Source of the DNA: Phycisphaerales bacterium
GTDB taxonomy: Bacteria; Planctomycetota; Phycisphaerae; WQYP01
Assembly (NCBI GenBank): GCA_027451365.1
Contig: DAIDJN010000059.1
Span: forward strand, 43,317-107,316
DNA: 64,000 nt
Reading direction: 5' to 3'
The notes beneath the pieces were generated by a model that saw nothing but the letters and a program-made list of their open reading frames with translations, was not told the origin of the DNA and searched no databases. The position numbers and the translations under genes were made by a program. How positions within the stretch are numbered: the first letter of the stretch is position 1; each line of letters begins with the position of its first letter. Of the stretch, positions 21,384 to 30,624 are shown piece after piece.

Positions 21384-21434
21384 GATGTGCGCTGCGATTC
21401 ATAAAGCAAACAGGGGGCGAAGAGCATGTGACGG

Positions 21435-21990
21435 ATAATCCACAGATTTTCACAGATTCACACAGATTTAAATAAACAGCTAGAGAATCAGGGATAAAAA
21501 AAGTTGGCGGATGATTATCCACAGATTCGCACAGATTGACACAGATTTAAATAAACCGCGAGAGGATTAGGGATACGAATTTGGCGAACGATTATCCACA
21601 GATCTACACAGGGCTTTAGCCTGTAAAATATTAATTATGGTCGCCCTTAATCTGTGCAAATCTGTGTTCATCTGTGGATCAAACCGTCTCTTCGTGGTAA
21701 ATCCGTTCTCGTCGTTAATCTGTGAAAATCTGTGTCAATCTGTGGATGGCATCGTCTTTTTTTTTGTGTTAAATTTAGTCGTCGTTAATCTGTGTCCATC
21801 TGTGGATCAAACCGTCTCTTTGTGGTGAATCGTCCTCTTCTAACTTCTGACTTCTAACTTCTAAATCCTTCGCCGCGTCCTTCGTGTCTTCGTGCCTTCG
21901 TGGTAAATCAGTCGTCGTCGTTAATCTGTGCAAATCTGTGTAAATCTGTGGATGACGTCGTCTTTCTTCGTGGTGAATCGCTCTTTTTCA
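21435..21990. repeat. Intergenic composite inverted-repeat element (CACAGATnnn 10-mers plus other modules), copy 1
   Basis: ATCCACAGATT..CACAGAT arrays flip to ATCTGTG arrays around the central motif at 21611-21643; homologous to 39900-40440. Confidence 0.85.
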
Positions 21991-21994
21991 GATT

Positions 21995-23905
21995 TTAGAT
22001 GCCAGGTTCTTTATGCTTCCGTGTCGCCACGGCGGCATATATGGCCGCGACTTGTGCGGCCATTCTGCTGGCGGTGAAGTGCTCTTCAAACCGCTGGCGG
22101 CCCGCCGCACCCATGGCGCGGGCTTTTTCAGGATTGTTCAAGAGGTCCGCAATTGCGGCGGCCAAACTTTGGGGATTGCCCGGCTCAAACAGCAAGCCAG
22201 TTTGGCCGTGAACCACTATTTCGCACGGGCCGCCGGCGTTGGCGGCGATAACCGGTTTGCCCATGGCCATTGCCTCCAGCAGCACCAGACCGAAAGGCTC
22301 GGCGGGCGCGGGCAGTACAAAAATATCGCAAGCAGACATAAGGGCCGGAATGTCGCGACGGAAGCCTAAAAGCCGCACGGGCGGCTTTTTAATGGGCAAA
22401 GAGCAATGATCAATTGTCAAATGTTTTTGAAGCGCTTCGCTTCCGTTTTCTTCTAGATGCAAGGTGCTGGGTGCTAGATTCTTTTCCGGCTGACTTTTGG
22501 TTAATCTGTGCGAATCTGTGTCAATCTGTGGATTATTCGCCGTATTCTCTGTGTCTAAGCCAATTTCTGTTTTTTGCCCTCTGGCTTTTTTCTCGTTCGC
22601 CGTCGTCAATCTGTGTTCATCTGTGTCAATCTGTGGATTATTCGTCGCATTCTCTGTGGCTAAACCATCTTCTGTTTTTTGCCCCTTGGCTTTTTTCTCG
22701 TTCGCCCCCGTTAATCTGTGCAAATCTGTGTTAATCTGTGGATTATTCGCCGTATTCTCTGTGTCTAAGCCAATTTCTGTTTTTTGCCCTCTGGCTTTTT
22801 TCTCGTTCGCCGTCGTCAATCTGTGATCATCTGTGTTAATCTGTGGATTATTCGTCGCATTCTCTGTGGCTAAATCGTCTTCTGCTTTCTTCATTCCCGC
22901 GAACAGTAATTCGATGAGTTTTTCGATTTCGGGCCGTTGGTCGCCTTCACCGGCGATAAGCAACGCGGGCAACGCCACAGCGTCGCAACCAACCGTTTGG
23001 CGTCGCGAGGAGCTAAAAAAGCTTTGAAGCGCGGCGCTTGCCGGCTTTTCTTTTGTCTCATCCGTCGCCCTCGTCGATCTGTGTTCATCTGTGTAAATCT
23101 GTGGATTATTCGTCGCATTCTCTGCGGCCAAGCCGGCATCTGTTTTCTGACTTCTGGCTTCTGTCTTCTTCTGCTGCTGCTGCAGCAGCGCAAACGCTTT
23201 GATCAGCGTGGGAATATCTTTTTCTTTTTGCAGGCGGGCCGCGCAAAAAACGTTGCGGCGTTTTTCATTGACCAATAATCGCTGATCACTGGTCAATGAA
23301 AAGTCAGAAGGCAGAAGACTGGATGCAGAAGAATGCGGACGCGTTTGGCTTCCGTTTTCTTCTGTTTTCTTCACAACGGGATCCGCATCGCGAATTCCGT
23401 TATGCACGACGGTTATTTTATCTTGGGGCGCATCGTGCCGGGTCAGCATCGCGTCGCGCACGGCCTGCGAAATGGCGATAAACGCGGCGGTGTTATGTTC
23501 CGCCCAGCGGTGCAAACGTGTGGCCAGCCAGGCCTTCGGGCCGCGGCGGCCGGTGCGGTTGGGGGCAAGGAAATGCTGCGTGGCCACAACGCTGCCGCGG
23601 CCGGCGCGTTTCATGGCGGCCACGGCCAGCAGATGGGTGCGGCCGTTGTGTGCGTGAATAATGTCCACCCGACCGGCGCGAAGTTCAGCGGCCAGCGTTG
23701 TGATGGTTGTCAGTCCGGGAAATTTTTCGGCGGCTATGTGGGTCACCGGAATGCGCGCGTCTGTGGCACGCGACCACAAGGCAGATTGGCGGGGGCACGC
23801 GATGGTAACGGAAACGCCCTCGGCAAGCAGAGCGGCGGAAAGGTCGAAAACGTGCGATTCAGTGCCGGCGAACGGAAGGGTGTCCAGGAATTCTATCACG
23901 TGCAT
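21995..23905 (-). CDS. GT4 glycosyltransferase carrying three in-frame repeat-derived insertions
   Basis: GTESHV, DIIHAHN, VVHNGI, ARLQKEKD, LLIAGEG, LLGFRRDI, EPFGLVLLEAMAMGKPVI, interrupted by ~280 aa of repeats. Confidence 0.85.
   Translation of the reverse strand: MHVIEFLDTLPFAGTESHVFDLSAALLAEGVSVTIACPRQSALWSRATDARIPVTHIAAEKFPGLTTITTLAAELRAGRVDIIHAHNGRTHLLAVAAMKRAGRGSVVATQHFLAPNRTGRRGPKAWLATRLHRWAEHNTAAFIAISQAVRDAMLTRHDAPQDKITVVHNGIRDADPVVKKTEENGSQTRPHSSASSLLPSDFSLTSDQRLLVNEKRRNVFCAARLQKEKDIPTLIKAFALLQQQQKKTEARSQKTDAGLAAENATNNPQIYTDEHRSTRATDETKEKPASAALQSFFSSSRRQTVGCDAVALPALLIAGEGDQRPEIEKLIELLFAGMKKAEDDLATENATNNPQINTDDHRLTTANEKKARGQKTEIGLDTENTANNPQINTDLHRLTGANEKKAKGQKTEDGLATENATNNPQIDTDEHRLTTANEKKARGQKTEIGLDTENTANNPQIDTDSHRLTKSQPEKNLAPSTLHLEENGSEALQKHLTIDHCSLPIKKPPVRLLGFRRDIPALMSACDIFVLPAPAEPFGLVLLEAMAMGKPVIAANAGGPCEIVVHGQTGLLFEPGNPQSLAAAIADLLNNPEKARAMGAAGRQRFEEHFTASRMAAQVAAIYAAVATRKHKEPGI
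22500..22880 (-). repeat. ~3.5 x 105-bp tandem repeat (alternating A/B units) inside the GT4 gene
   Basis: Encodes (A/D)TEN(AT/TA)NNPQI(N/D)TDxHRLT(T/G)ANEKKA(R/K)GQKTE(I/D)GL, a 35-aa unit. Confidence 0.9.
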
Positions 23906-23920
23906 TTCAGGTATCCACAG

Positions 23921-24067
23921 ACACGGGGTTTCACAAGAGGGAACGGAGATTTAAAAATATTATGACGATGAACGGGGATTCACAGGAGGTAACAGAGGAT
24001 AAGCGAGGATTAAATAAATAATTATGACAAGGACGACGAACGGGAATTCACAGGAGGCAACAGAGGG
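23921..24067. repeat. Repeats downstream of the GxxExxY gene, inverted relative to the upstream repeats
   Basis: GACGA(T/C)GAACGGG(G/A)ATTCACAGGAGG(T/C)AACAGAGG at 23964-23998 and 24032-24067, plus a degenerate copy at 23921-23948. Confidence 0.8.
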
Positions 24068-24160
24068 AAAAAGAGGATTAGGCACCACGGTATTACTACC
24101 GATTTACGGGCGGGAACGGAGGATGGCCGAGGCCTGAATATTATTACGACGGGTGAGGCG

Positions 24161-24577
24161 TCACAAAGGGGAAACGGTGGGGCGACTACCGGGGCGGTGG
24201 AAGCGGGATATGCCATCGCGCAGGTGTACCACATTGAAGTTAATTAATAATCCAACGGCTTTGCCACTGAGCTTCAGGTACGAGATGATTTGCGCCTTGT
24301 GGATTGGCAGGAGCGCGTCAACTGCTTTCAGTTCCACGACAACCAGCTCCTCAACCAGCACGTCAATGCGATAGCCAACATCCAGCGTGGTGCCGTCGTA
24401 CACCACAGGAAGTTCCACCTGGCTCCGCACTGAATGGCCGCTCGTTCGCAGTTCGTGGACCAGGCACGCTTCGTAAGCGCTTTCCAGAAGTCCCGGCCCC
24501 AAGGTGCTGTGTATCCGCATGGCGGCACCTATTATTTGTTCAGTCAGTTCCTTGTGCGCGGCCTCATTTTCGTTCAT
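24161..24577 (-). CDS. GxxExxY protein (PD-(D/E)XK nuclease-like fold)
   Basis: LTEQIIGAAMRIHSTLGPGLLESAYEACL...YRIDVLVE..VVVELKAV...HKAQIISYLK...GLLINFN; GGAGG RBS before the ATG at 24577. Confidence 0.93.
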   Translation of the reverse strand: MNENEAAHKELTEQIIGAAMRIHSTLGPGLLESAYEACLVHELRTSGHSVRSQVELPVVYDGTTLDVGYRIDVLVEELVVVELKAVDALLPIHKAQIISYLKLSGKAVGLLINFNVVHLRDGISRFHRPGSRPTVSPL

Positions 24578-24787
24578 CGGTCCTCCGGTCCCCTCTGTTA
24601 CCTCTGTGTGAATCAATTCCCGGTGTTTTCGTTTCTTTGTGGTCCTAGTGCACTTGTTGGCGGAGTCTATCTCGACGAATCGGGATGGTGAACTCGGTCG
24701 TTCATCGGTCCTCCGGTCCCCTCTGTTACCTCTGTGTGAATCAATTCCCGGTGTTTTCGTTTCTTTGTGGTCTTGGTGCACTTGTTG
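24571..24787. repeat. 89-bp direct repeat x2 (24571-24659, 24699-24787) upstream of GxxExxY
   Basis: Two mismatches between copies; copy 1 supplies the RBS/ATG, copy 2 overlaps the 3' end of the upstream gene. Confidence 0.9.
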
Positions 24788-26117
24788 TCTTAGTGTTGAA
24801 TTTGATCGCCGGTGCTCGCTGGCGGGTGACTTCAAAATGCACCGCCGCCAACATGCCGACAGCGCACCAAGCCCATTCTATGCTGCCGCGCAGCCAATAT
24901 TCGTCCACCATGCCGTGCGCAAAGCGGCCAAAGATAAGCGCGGCTCCCAAGGCCACCAGTGTAAAGCGTGGGTCGGCCGGCGAAAGCTTTTTGTGCGTAT
25001 TCCAGGCGGTTAAAAGGGCCACGGCATATATTGCCAGAAATGCGGCAAGCCCCTGCACGCCGGTTTCGGCAAGGGTAATCAGAAATACATTGGTTGGGTC
25101 CACTTGCTTGCGCAGCCCAACGCCCACGCCCAGCACCGGATGGTTTTCAAATTCATTAATCGCGTGGTGAATCAGTTGGATTCGCGGCTGGATGCTTCCC
25201 TTATTTGGATTAAAATCAAACGCATAATGCTGCTGCTTGTGCGGCAAAAACAAATAAAGCAAAACCAATAACGGCAACATGACCGCAGCCATGCGGGCCA
25301 TTAAAATAAAGCGCCGGCGCAGCAGCAGAATTACCATGCATCCGGTGATGGCTTCCAGCCAGCCGCCGCGTGACAAGCTCATGAATAGCGCCGCGCCGAT
25401 AAGCAGCAAGGCCAAGCCCAGCCAACGGATCGCCCGTTTGCGGCCGACAATTTTGGCACCCAGCCACAACTCAAATGTAATGGCGAAGCCAGCACCAAAG
25501 GAAGATCCCCATGCGGCGTTTTTGTTGTTACCTGGTGGGTAGTGAAAATGGGTAGCCAGCACCAGAATCGCAAGAATCGCTAGTGCACCGACTGCCCCTT
25601 CCAAGGCAAAATGCAGGTCATCCGTTCCGCCAGGAAATGAAGCGCAGAGCATCGGGGCAATTATGATGAATACGAACATTTCCACGAAGGCCTTAATGGC
25701 CTCCAGATGCCAATGCGGATAAAGGGCGCTGGAAACCAAGCAAAGGAAAAGATAAATAACGCTAGGCCACAGCGTGGGGCCAATGCGCAATGGCTTTCCC
25801 ATTTGGGCAGATTTCACCAGCACAATGGGCAGCAGAATTGCCATACACAATTCTGAAATTGAAAGGCGCAAGGGGATATGCAGTGGCACGGCTTGCAGCA
25901 GAGGAACTGTTGCAAAAGTAAGCAATAAACCAATTCGCGGCTGACTTGCGCTAAGGGCAATAAAAATGACAATAAAGCCCGCGCCGGCCACCAGCGGTGA
26001 AAAATGGGCCAAGACCGCGAGTACAACCGCTACGGGCAGCCCCCAGATAGCAACCTGGCCAAGGGATGTCCCCTTGGCCGGTGTCCGGCGTAAAATGTTA
26101 TTGGGCATGGCTGTCAA
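24741..26117 (-). CDS. O-antigen ligase/Wzy polymerase-like membrane protein
   Basis: ~12 TM segments, SLSRGGW, HPVLGVG.G and NVFLITLAETGVQG (Wzy_C-like) motifs. Confidence 0.75.
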   Translation of the reverse strand: MTAMPNNILRRTPAKGTSLGQVAIWGLPVAVVLAVLAHFSPLVAGAGFIVIFIALSASQPRIGLLLTFATVPLLQAVPLHIPLRLSISELCMAILLPIVLVKSAQMGKPLRIGPTLWPSVIYLFLCLVSSALYPHWHLEAIKAFVEMFVFIIIAPMLCASFPGGTDDLHFALEGAVGALAILAILVLATHFHYPPGNNKNAAWGSSFGAGFAITFELWLGAKIVGRKRAIRWLGLALLLIGAALFMSLSRGGWLEAITGCMVILLLRRRFILMARMAAVMLPLLVLLYLFLPHKQQHYAFDFNPNKGSIQPRIQLIHHAINEFENHPVLGVGVGLRKQVDPTNVFLITLAETGVQGLAAFLAIYAVALLTAWNTHKKLSPADPRFTLVALGAALIFGRFAHGMVDEYWLRGSIEWAWCAVGMLAAVHFEVTRQRAPAIKFNTKTTSAPRPQRNENTGN

Positions 26118-27508
26118 TTCGTGGGTGCTCCTATCGCTTGTCCGCTGGCGATAATTGGGTCGCGTGATTTTTCCGGGAAAAAGTTCTTAAGCTTAAGGAA
26201 ATGCTTTTCATAAACGTGGTAGCTGATAAACGCCAACCCAAATGCGATAGCCACGGCGCTGGCGTAGTAGGCTAACAAGCCCAGCAGTGCGCTGTGCAGT
26301 ATTTTTGAAAACAGAGAGTAGGGCAGCCAACGGATTTCTAGCGAAAGGTAAATATAATGGAACACGTACATGGCGTAACTGTATTTGCCAATGGACCGGA
26401 GAAATTGAATGGACAGGAACCGCGACAGGATGGATGCAGGCTTGCAAGTCAGGACGTATCCCAGGGCGGCGCCAAACAGCAGCGGCGCCAGCGTGACATG
26501 GCCAATTACTGCCGTGGGCAGTCCATAAATGTAGCTGGGAACGAAGGCCAGATAGGCCGCAATGATAGCCACGGTAACCACGAAAGCCCCGCCAAAACAA
26601 ATCCGCCATTCCATCAATTGGCCATTGGCCTGCAAAACCGCCAATGCCCCACCGATAAGCAATGAATCCGCCCGAAACAGCGTGAAGCTTGCCAAACCGT
26701 TGTAGATGACAAACGGGTTCCAGCCGGTTCCGGGCATCCATTGAACGGCAATGAAGCCTAATCTACTCAGGTTAATCGCCACTATCCCAGCCACGGCCAG
26801 CCGCAGCAACCAGCGCGGCGGCAACAGGAATACAATCAGCGGCCAGACCAGATAAAATTGCTCTTCAATGGCCAGGGTCCAGAAGTGAAAAAAATTGCCA
26901 AACGGGCTGCCACCTTGGCTGGCGCTGTAAATATTGGTGGTATAGGTCCAAAGCCAAATCTGATGGTGGTAGGCGGCGGAAATCATTTGCGGTACGCGGC
27001 CTAGCACCAGCGGTAAAATAACCAGAATTGCCAGCAATGTGCCGTAATATAGTGGGAATATACGCAGCGTGCGGCGGGCATAAAAATTGCGAAAATAATG
27101 TGCCTGCCCCTTGGATGAAAGCAATATTCCCGTAATAAGATAGCCGGAAAGCACGAAGAATAAATCCACACCCCATGCTCCGTGTGAGAACATTCTGGTA
27201 ATAAATTCCACGGGGCGGCCGCCCGCGGCGATTTGGGAGGCGGGTATGCAGGCACAAAAATGCAGGCCGATAACGCCCAGAATCGCAAAGGCTCGCAGGC
27301 CGTCCAATTCGGGGTAATGCTTGCGGCCGCTGTATAACGGATCCGCCGAGCGCAGCTCTGCGGAGGAGTCAGAAATTAGGAGTTGGGGGTTAGGAGGGCT
27401 TTGAAGCACTTCGCTTCCTTTTCCTTCTAACTTTTGTCTTCTAACTTCTGGCTTCTTTTCCGTCCCCTGTCTTCCGCCTTCTGTCTTCTGATCGTCCATG
27501 TGGTTCAT
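26114..27508 (-). CDS. Acyltransferase 3 (OafA/YrhL family) with repeat-derived N-terminal extension
   Basis: PELDGLRAFA, GVDLFFVLSGYLIT, FYARRTLRIFPLYY, HFWTLAIEEQFY, IGKYSYAMYVFH; TAATG overlap with the upstream stop. Confidence 0.9.
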   Translation of the reverse strand: MNHMDDQKTEGGRQGTEKKPEVRRQKLEGKGSEVLQSPPNPQLLISDSSAELRSADPLYSGRKHYPELDGLRAFAILGVIGLHFCACIPASQIAAGGRPVEFITRMFSHGAWGVDLFFVLSGYLITGILLSSKGQAHYFRNFYARRTLRIFPLYYGTLLAILVILPLVLGRVPQMISAAYHHQIWLWTYTTNIYSASQGGSPFGNFFHFWTLAIEEQFYLVWPLIVFLLPPRWLLRLAVAGIVAINLSRLGFIAVQWMPGTGWNPFVIYNGLASFTLFRADSLLIGGALAVLQANGQLMEWRICFGGAFVVTVAIIAAYLAFVPSYIYGLPTAVIGHVTLAPLLFGAALGYVLTCKPASILSRFLSIQFLRSIGKYSYAMYVFHYIYLSLEIRWLPYSLFSKILHSALLGLLAYYASAVAIAFGLAFISYHVYEKHFLKLKNFFPEKSRDPIIASGQAIGAPTN

Positions 27509-28974
27509 TATTCCTTGCTCGTGGAGTGTTCTATTGCCGCCCCGTAGGCCTCCAGATATTGCTTTGCAATTACCGGCCACGCGAATTGGGCGGCGCGGGC
27601 TTTACCATTTTCGCCAAGTCTTGCACATAGCAACCTATCTGCCGCTAGTTTCTGCATGGCCGTGGCCAATTCAGGAACGTTGCTTCCTTCAACTAACACG
27701 CCATTTGTTCCATCGGCGATAATTTCCGGTACGCCGCCGACCCGGCTTGCAATCACCGCCTTGCCGGATGCCATTGCTTCCAGGTTGACGATACCAAGCG
27801 GTTCGTGGCGGGACGGAAGGACGAAGAATTCACTCCCGGCCATGAATTCAGCCACCTGGTTCCGATCAAGTCGCCCGGTGAAACGCGTATTGGCTGAAAT
27901 GCCGAGTTCCGCGGCCAGCGCCTTCAGATTTTCTCCTTCGGCGCCGGCTCCGCCAAGCACCAGATCGTGCGTTTTGCAGGTGCCCTGGGCAAAGGCCCTT
28001 AGCAGAATATCAAACCCCTTTTCCTTAACAAATCTGCCCATTGCGAACACGTAGCGGCGCGGGGCGCGGCCGCTCAATGAGACAGCCGCCTGCGGCGGCT
28101 TTGATGAGACGCTCGGCTGCGCCTCGCTTAATGAGACGCGATGCGGTGCGTCGCTTAATGTTTTAAAGGATTCGTTATTTATTTCATGGCCAGCGAGCTG
28201 GTCCGCTAAACGGACATCTTTGGCCGCTGATTCAGCCTTGGCGGAACCGTCGTCCTGTTTAAACATTCCTCCGTTTTCCTCTGTTACCTCCTTGTGAATC
28301 CTTCGTAGTCCGTTCTCCTTCGTGTCTTCGTGCCTTCGTGGTAAATCAGTCGTCGTCGTTAATCTGTGCGCATCTGTGTCAATCTGTGGATGAAAATCGC
28401 CCAAGTTTATCCCGTTATAGATGACCCGGCCTTTATCGCCAAATGGCTTGCCGAAAAAAGCTTGCGCCTCTTCCAGGGTCTGCCGGGAGCAGGCGGTTAC
28501 AACCTGCGCGTTGTCCAATGCCCGCCGCAGGATATCTTGCGCCTGGGCCGATTTCTGGAAAATCTGATTGGCATCCATGGTCAATTCGCCCTGCAGCGTA
28601 ACCACCAAAGGCAGTTGCAGACGGTCCTGGGCGATCATGGCGTAATGTGCATTACTGCTGACGCATTGGACATGCAGCATATCAATTTTATTTTCATGCA
28701 GAATCAGCAACATGCGTTGGGTAATCAGGTAATGCGACAAATGGTAGTTAATGGCGGCCTTGGCCGAGCCTTCGGGCAGGCGGAAGGCAAGGCGATAGAT
28801 CGGGATGCCATCAATTGTTTCCGTCGCCGGCAAATCCCGTGGCCAGCGATTGGTCAAGATGATGACATGGTGGCCCTGGCGAATAAGTTCCATTGCCAGT
28901 TGGCGGCAGAGTTCTTCCACACCGCCGAGGGAGGGGTGGAACGCGGAAGCGAAAAGCGCGATATTCATTTTCAA
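27508..28974 (-). CDS. GT4 glycosyltransferase with a ~110-aa repeat-derived interdomain insertion
   Basis: FHPSLGGVE, VIYNGI, GRFVKEKGFD, EPLGIVNLEAMASGKAVI. Confidence 0.88.
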   Translation of the reverse strand: MKMNIALFASAFHPSLGGVEELCRQLAMELIRQGHHVIILTNRWPRDLPATETIDGIPIYRLAFRLPEGSAKAAINYHLSHYLITQRMLLILHENKIDMLHVQCVSSNAHYAMIAQDRLQLPLVVTLQGELTMDANQIFQKSAQAQDILRRALDNAQVVTACSRQTLEEAQAFFGKPFGDKGRVIYNGINLGDFHPQIDTDAHRLTTTTDLPRRHEDTKENGLRRIHKEVTEENGGMFKQDDGSAKAESAAKDVRLADQLAGHEINNESFKTLSDAPHRVSLSEAQPSVSSKPPQAAVSLSGRAPRRYVFAMGRFVKEKGFDILLRAFAQGTCKTHDLVLGGAGAEGENLKALAAELGISANTRFTGRLDRNQVAEFMAGSEFFVLPSRHEPLGIVNLEAMASGKAVIASRVGGVPEIIADGTNGVLVEGSNVPELATAMQKLAADRLLCARLGENGKARAAQFAWPVIAKQYLEAYGAAIEHSTSKE

Positions 28975-29377
28975 TTCCGAACAGAAGCTAATGTTCCGTC
29001 ACAGTAAAATTTTAGGGAGACTGACTCGCGAAAGACAAACCGCAAAACATCGGGATTCCTTGCCAATCCTAACATCCTGATGTGACAGAGCACTAGAGCG
29101 TGGAAACGAGGACCTGGAACTTAGAATATTTTTGAGACTTTGCTGCCCTAATTTCCCTTGCGTTCGAGGCACCAGTTTTCTGTTTCTTTTCCAGGCTCTG
29201 ATCGTTAAGGTTCCTCGAAATTTAAAAACAGGCCGGGACGGTCGCCGCAGCCTGCTTGGCCACCTCGATTAATTCCGTATCATCGCAAGCCCCCGCGGCT
29301 CCCAGAACATACCCCAAGACGGGAAGAGGAACGATTTCCTACCGTCCAAGTGCAATAGGTCATTCTTTACGAATTGG

Positions 29378-30400
29378 TTAAGCGCCGTCTGGGAAACTGC
29401 ATATTTTTTTGGTGGCTGCCTGGACATTTTTCTCGCCGCAGAGCGAAAGCAACGCACAAAATGTGCCCTTGAACGACAACGAAGCCGCCTTTGCCTTGGC
29501 TCCTTCAGCCAACTTCCGGCGAAGCCCTTCATTCTCCATCGCCTGCCGAATGCGCTCACGCAACTGCTCGGCGTCTCGCGGTGCGACCAGCAGCGCGTCG
29601 ACGCCATCCTCGGCATAGTCGCGGGTGCCGTTCACGTCGCTGGCCACGATAGGCTTACCGAAGGCCATCGCGTCAAGCAAGATCAGGGGGCCGCTAGGCA
29701 ATTCGGTTTCCAGGAATGGTAGGACCACAAGCTTAGCGGACGCCATCAATCGTCGGCCTTGTCCGGGGGGGGGCATCGGGCGGACCTTGATTCGATCTTG
29801 CGCATCAGCGGGAATCTCTACAGGACGACCCGGGCAGATAATGGCCCGATATGGCAAATTAGACAACGCTTGGATCAGGGTTGGCCAGTCGCGGTGGGCG
29901 TAGCCAGCGGAATAGATGTAATCGTCTTCGGGGCAGGTCGCCTCGGCGGACAAAGAAGGGGCCGGAAAGGGAAGAAAGACGCACCTTCCCAGCGGATACC
30001 CAAATCGGCGGTTAAGCATGGGGGCATCGCCGCGTCTGATGACGGCTACGGTGTCCACACTCGCAATCCAGGTTCGGACAAAATGCGCCAGTCGATTCTC
30101 TTTTGGGATCAGAAGGTCAAATACGACCAGCCGCAGGTGCCTCGCACCAAACCACCGTTTGAATTTGGCGATAATAAAGGCTTCGGTCCCAACCGTGCAG
30201 AGTACCAGGGAGTCGTAGGAACGTGCAGCCCGCAATATCTGCAACGACTGGAGTACGTGATGGAAGTGCTTTCGTGCTCCGCGTAAACCCCAATCGGAGG
30301 CGCGACGGCGTACGGCGACGGAGTGGTCACCGAATACGCCGGTGGGTGGCTCAAATGTCGGGTCATAGGGGACCGAAATAAGGATACGCATAATTGACAC
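29378..30400 (-). CDS. GT4-like glycosyltransferase
   Basis: SAGYAHRDW, ILLDAMAFGKPIVASDV.G..DY. Confidence 0.8.
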   Translation of the reverse strand: MSIMRILISVPYDPTFEPPTGVFGDHSVAVRRRASDWGLRGARKHFHHVLQSLQILRAARSYDSLVLCTVGTEAFIIAKFKRWFGARHLRLVVFDLLIPKENRLAHFVRTWIASVDTVAVIRRGDAPMLNRRFGYPLGRCVFLPFPAPSLSAEATCPEDDYIYSAGYAHRDWPTLIQALSNLPYRAIICPGRPVEIPADAQDRIKVRPMPPPGQGRRLMASAKLVVLPFLETELPSGPLILLDAMAFGKPIVASDVNGTRDYAEDGVDALLVAPRDAEQLRERIRQAMENEGLRRKLAEGAKAKAASLSFKGTFCALLSLCGEKNVQAATKKICSFPDGA

Positions 30401-30624
30401 CGGTAGTGAAATTTCAGGGCATTATCATTGTTCGCAGTTAGCCGAGGGTCGCGACTGAGATCGAAGCGCCAGCTAATCTGTAAAACGCCGGATAATGCTT
30501 TCGACTTGGTCCGGCGATTCCGCCGATGCCTTGCGCAGTTCCGAGCGCATCCCAACTGCTCATTTTTAGCCCGCGGCTCCCCGTTTGTGAATTCTAGCAT
30601 TGATCGATGTTCATTGCTCTGTGT

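Noticed and set aside
22385..23377. Inteins or group I/II introns in the GT4 gene
   Set aside because: No Cys/Ser...His-Asn splice motifs and no recognisable intron core; the inserts are low-complexity repeats.
24578..24835. 86-aa N-terminal extension of GxxExxY
   Set aside because: It is a translation of the 89-bp repeats; family similarity starts at MNENE, which has its own GGAGG.
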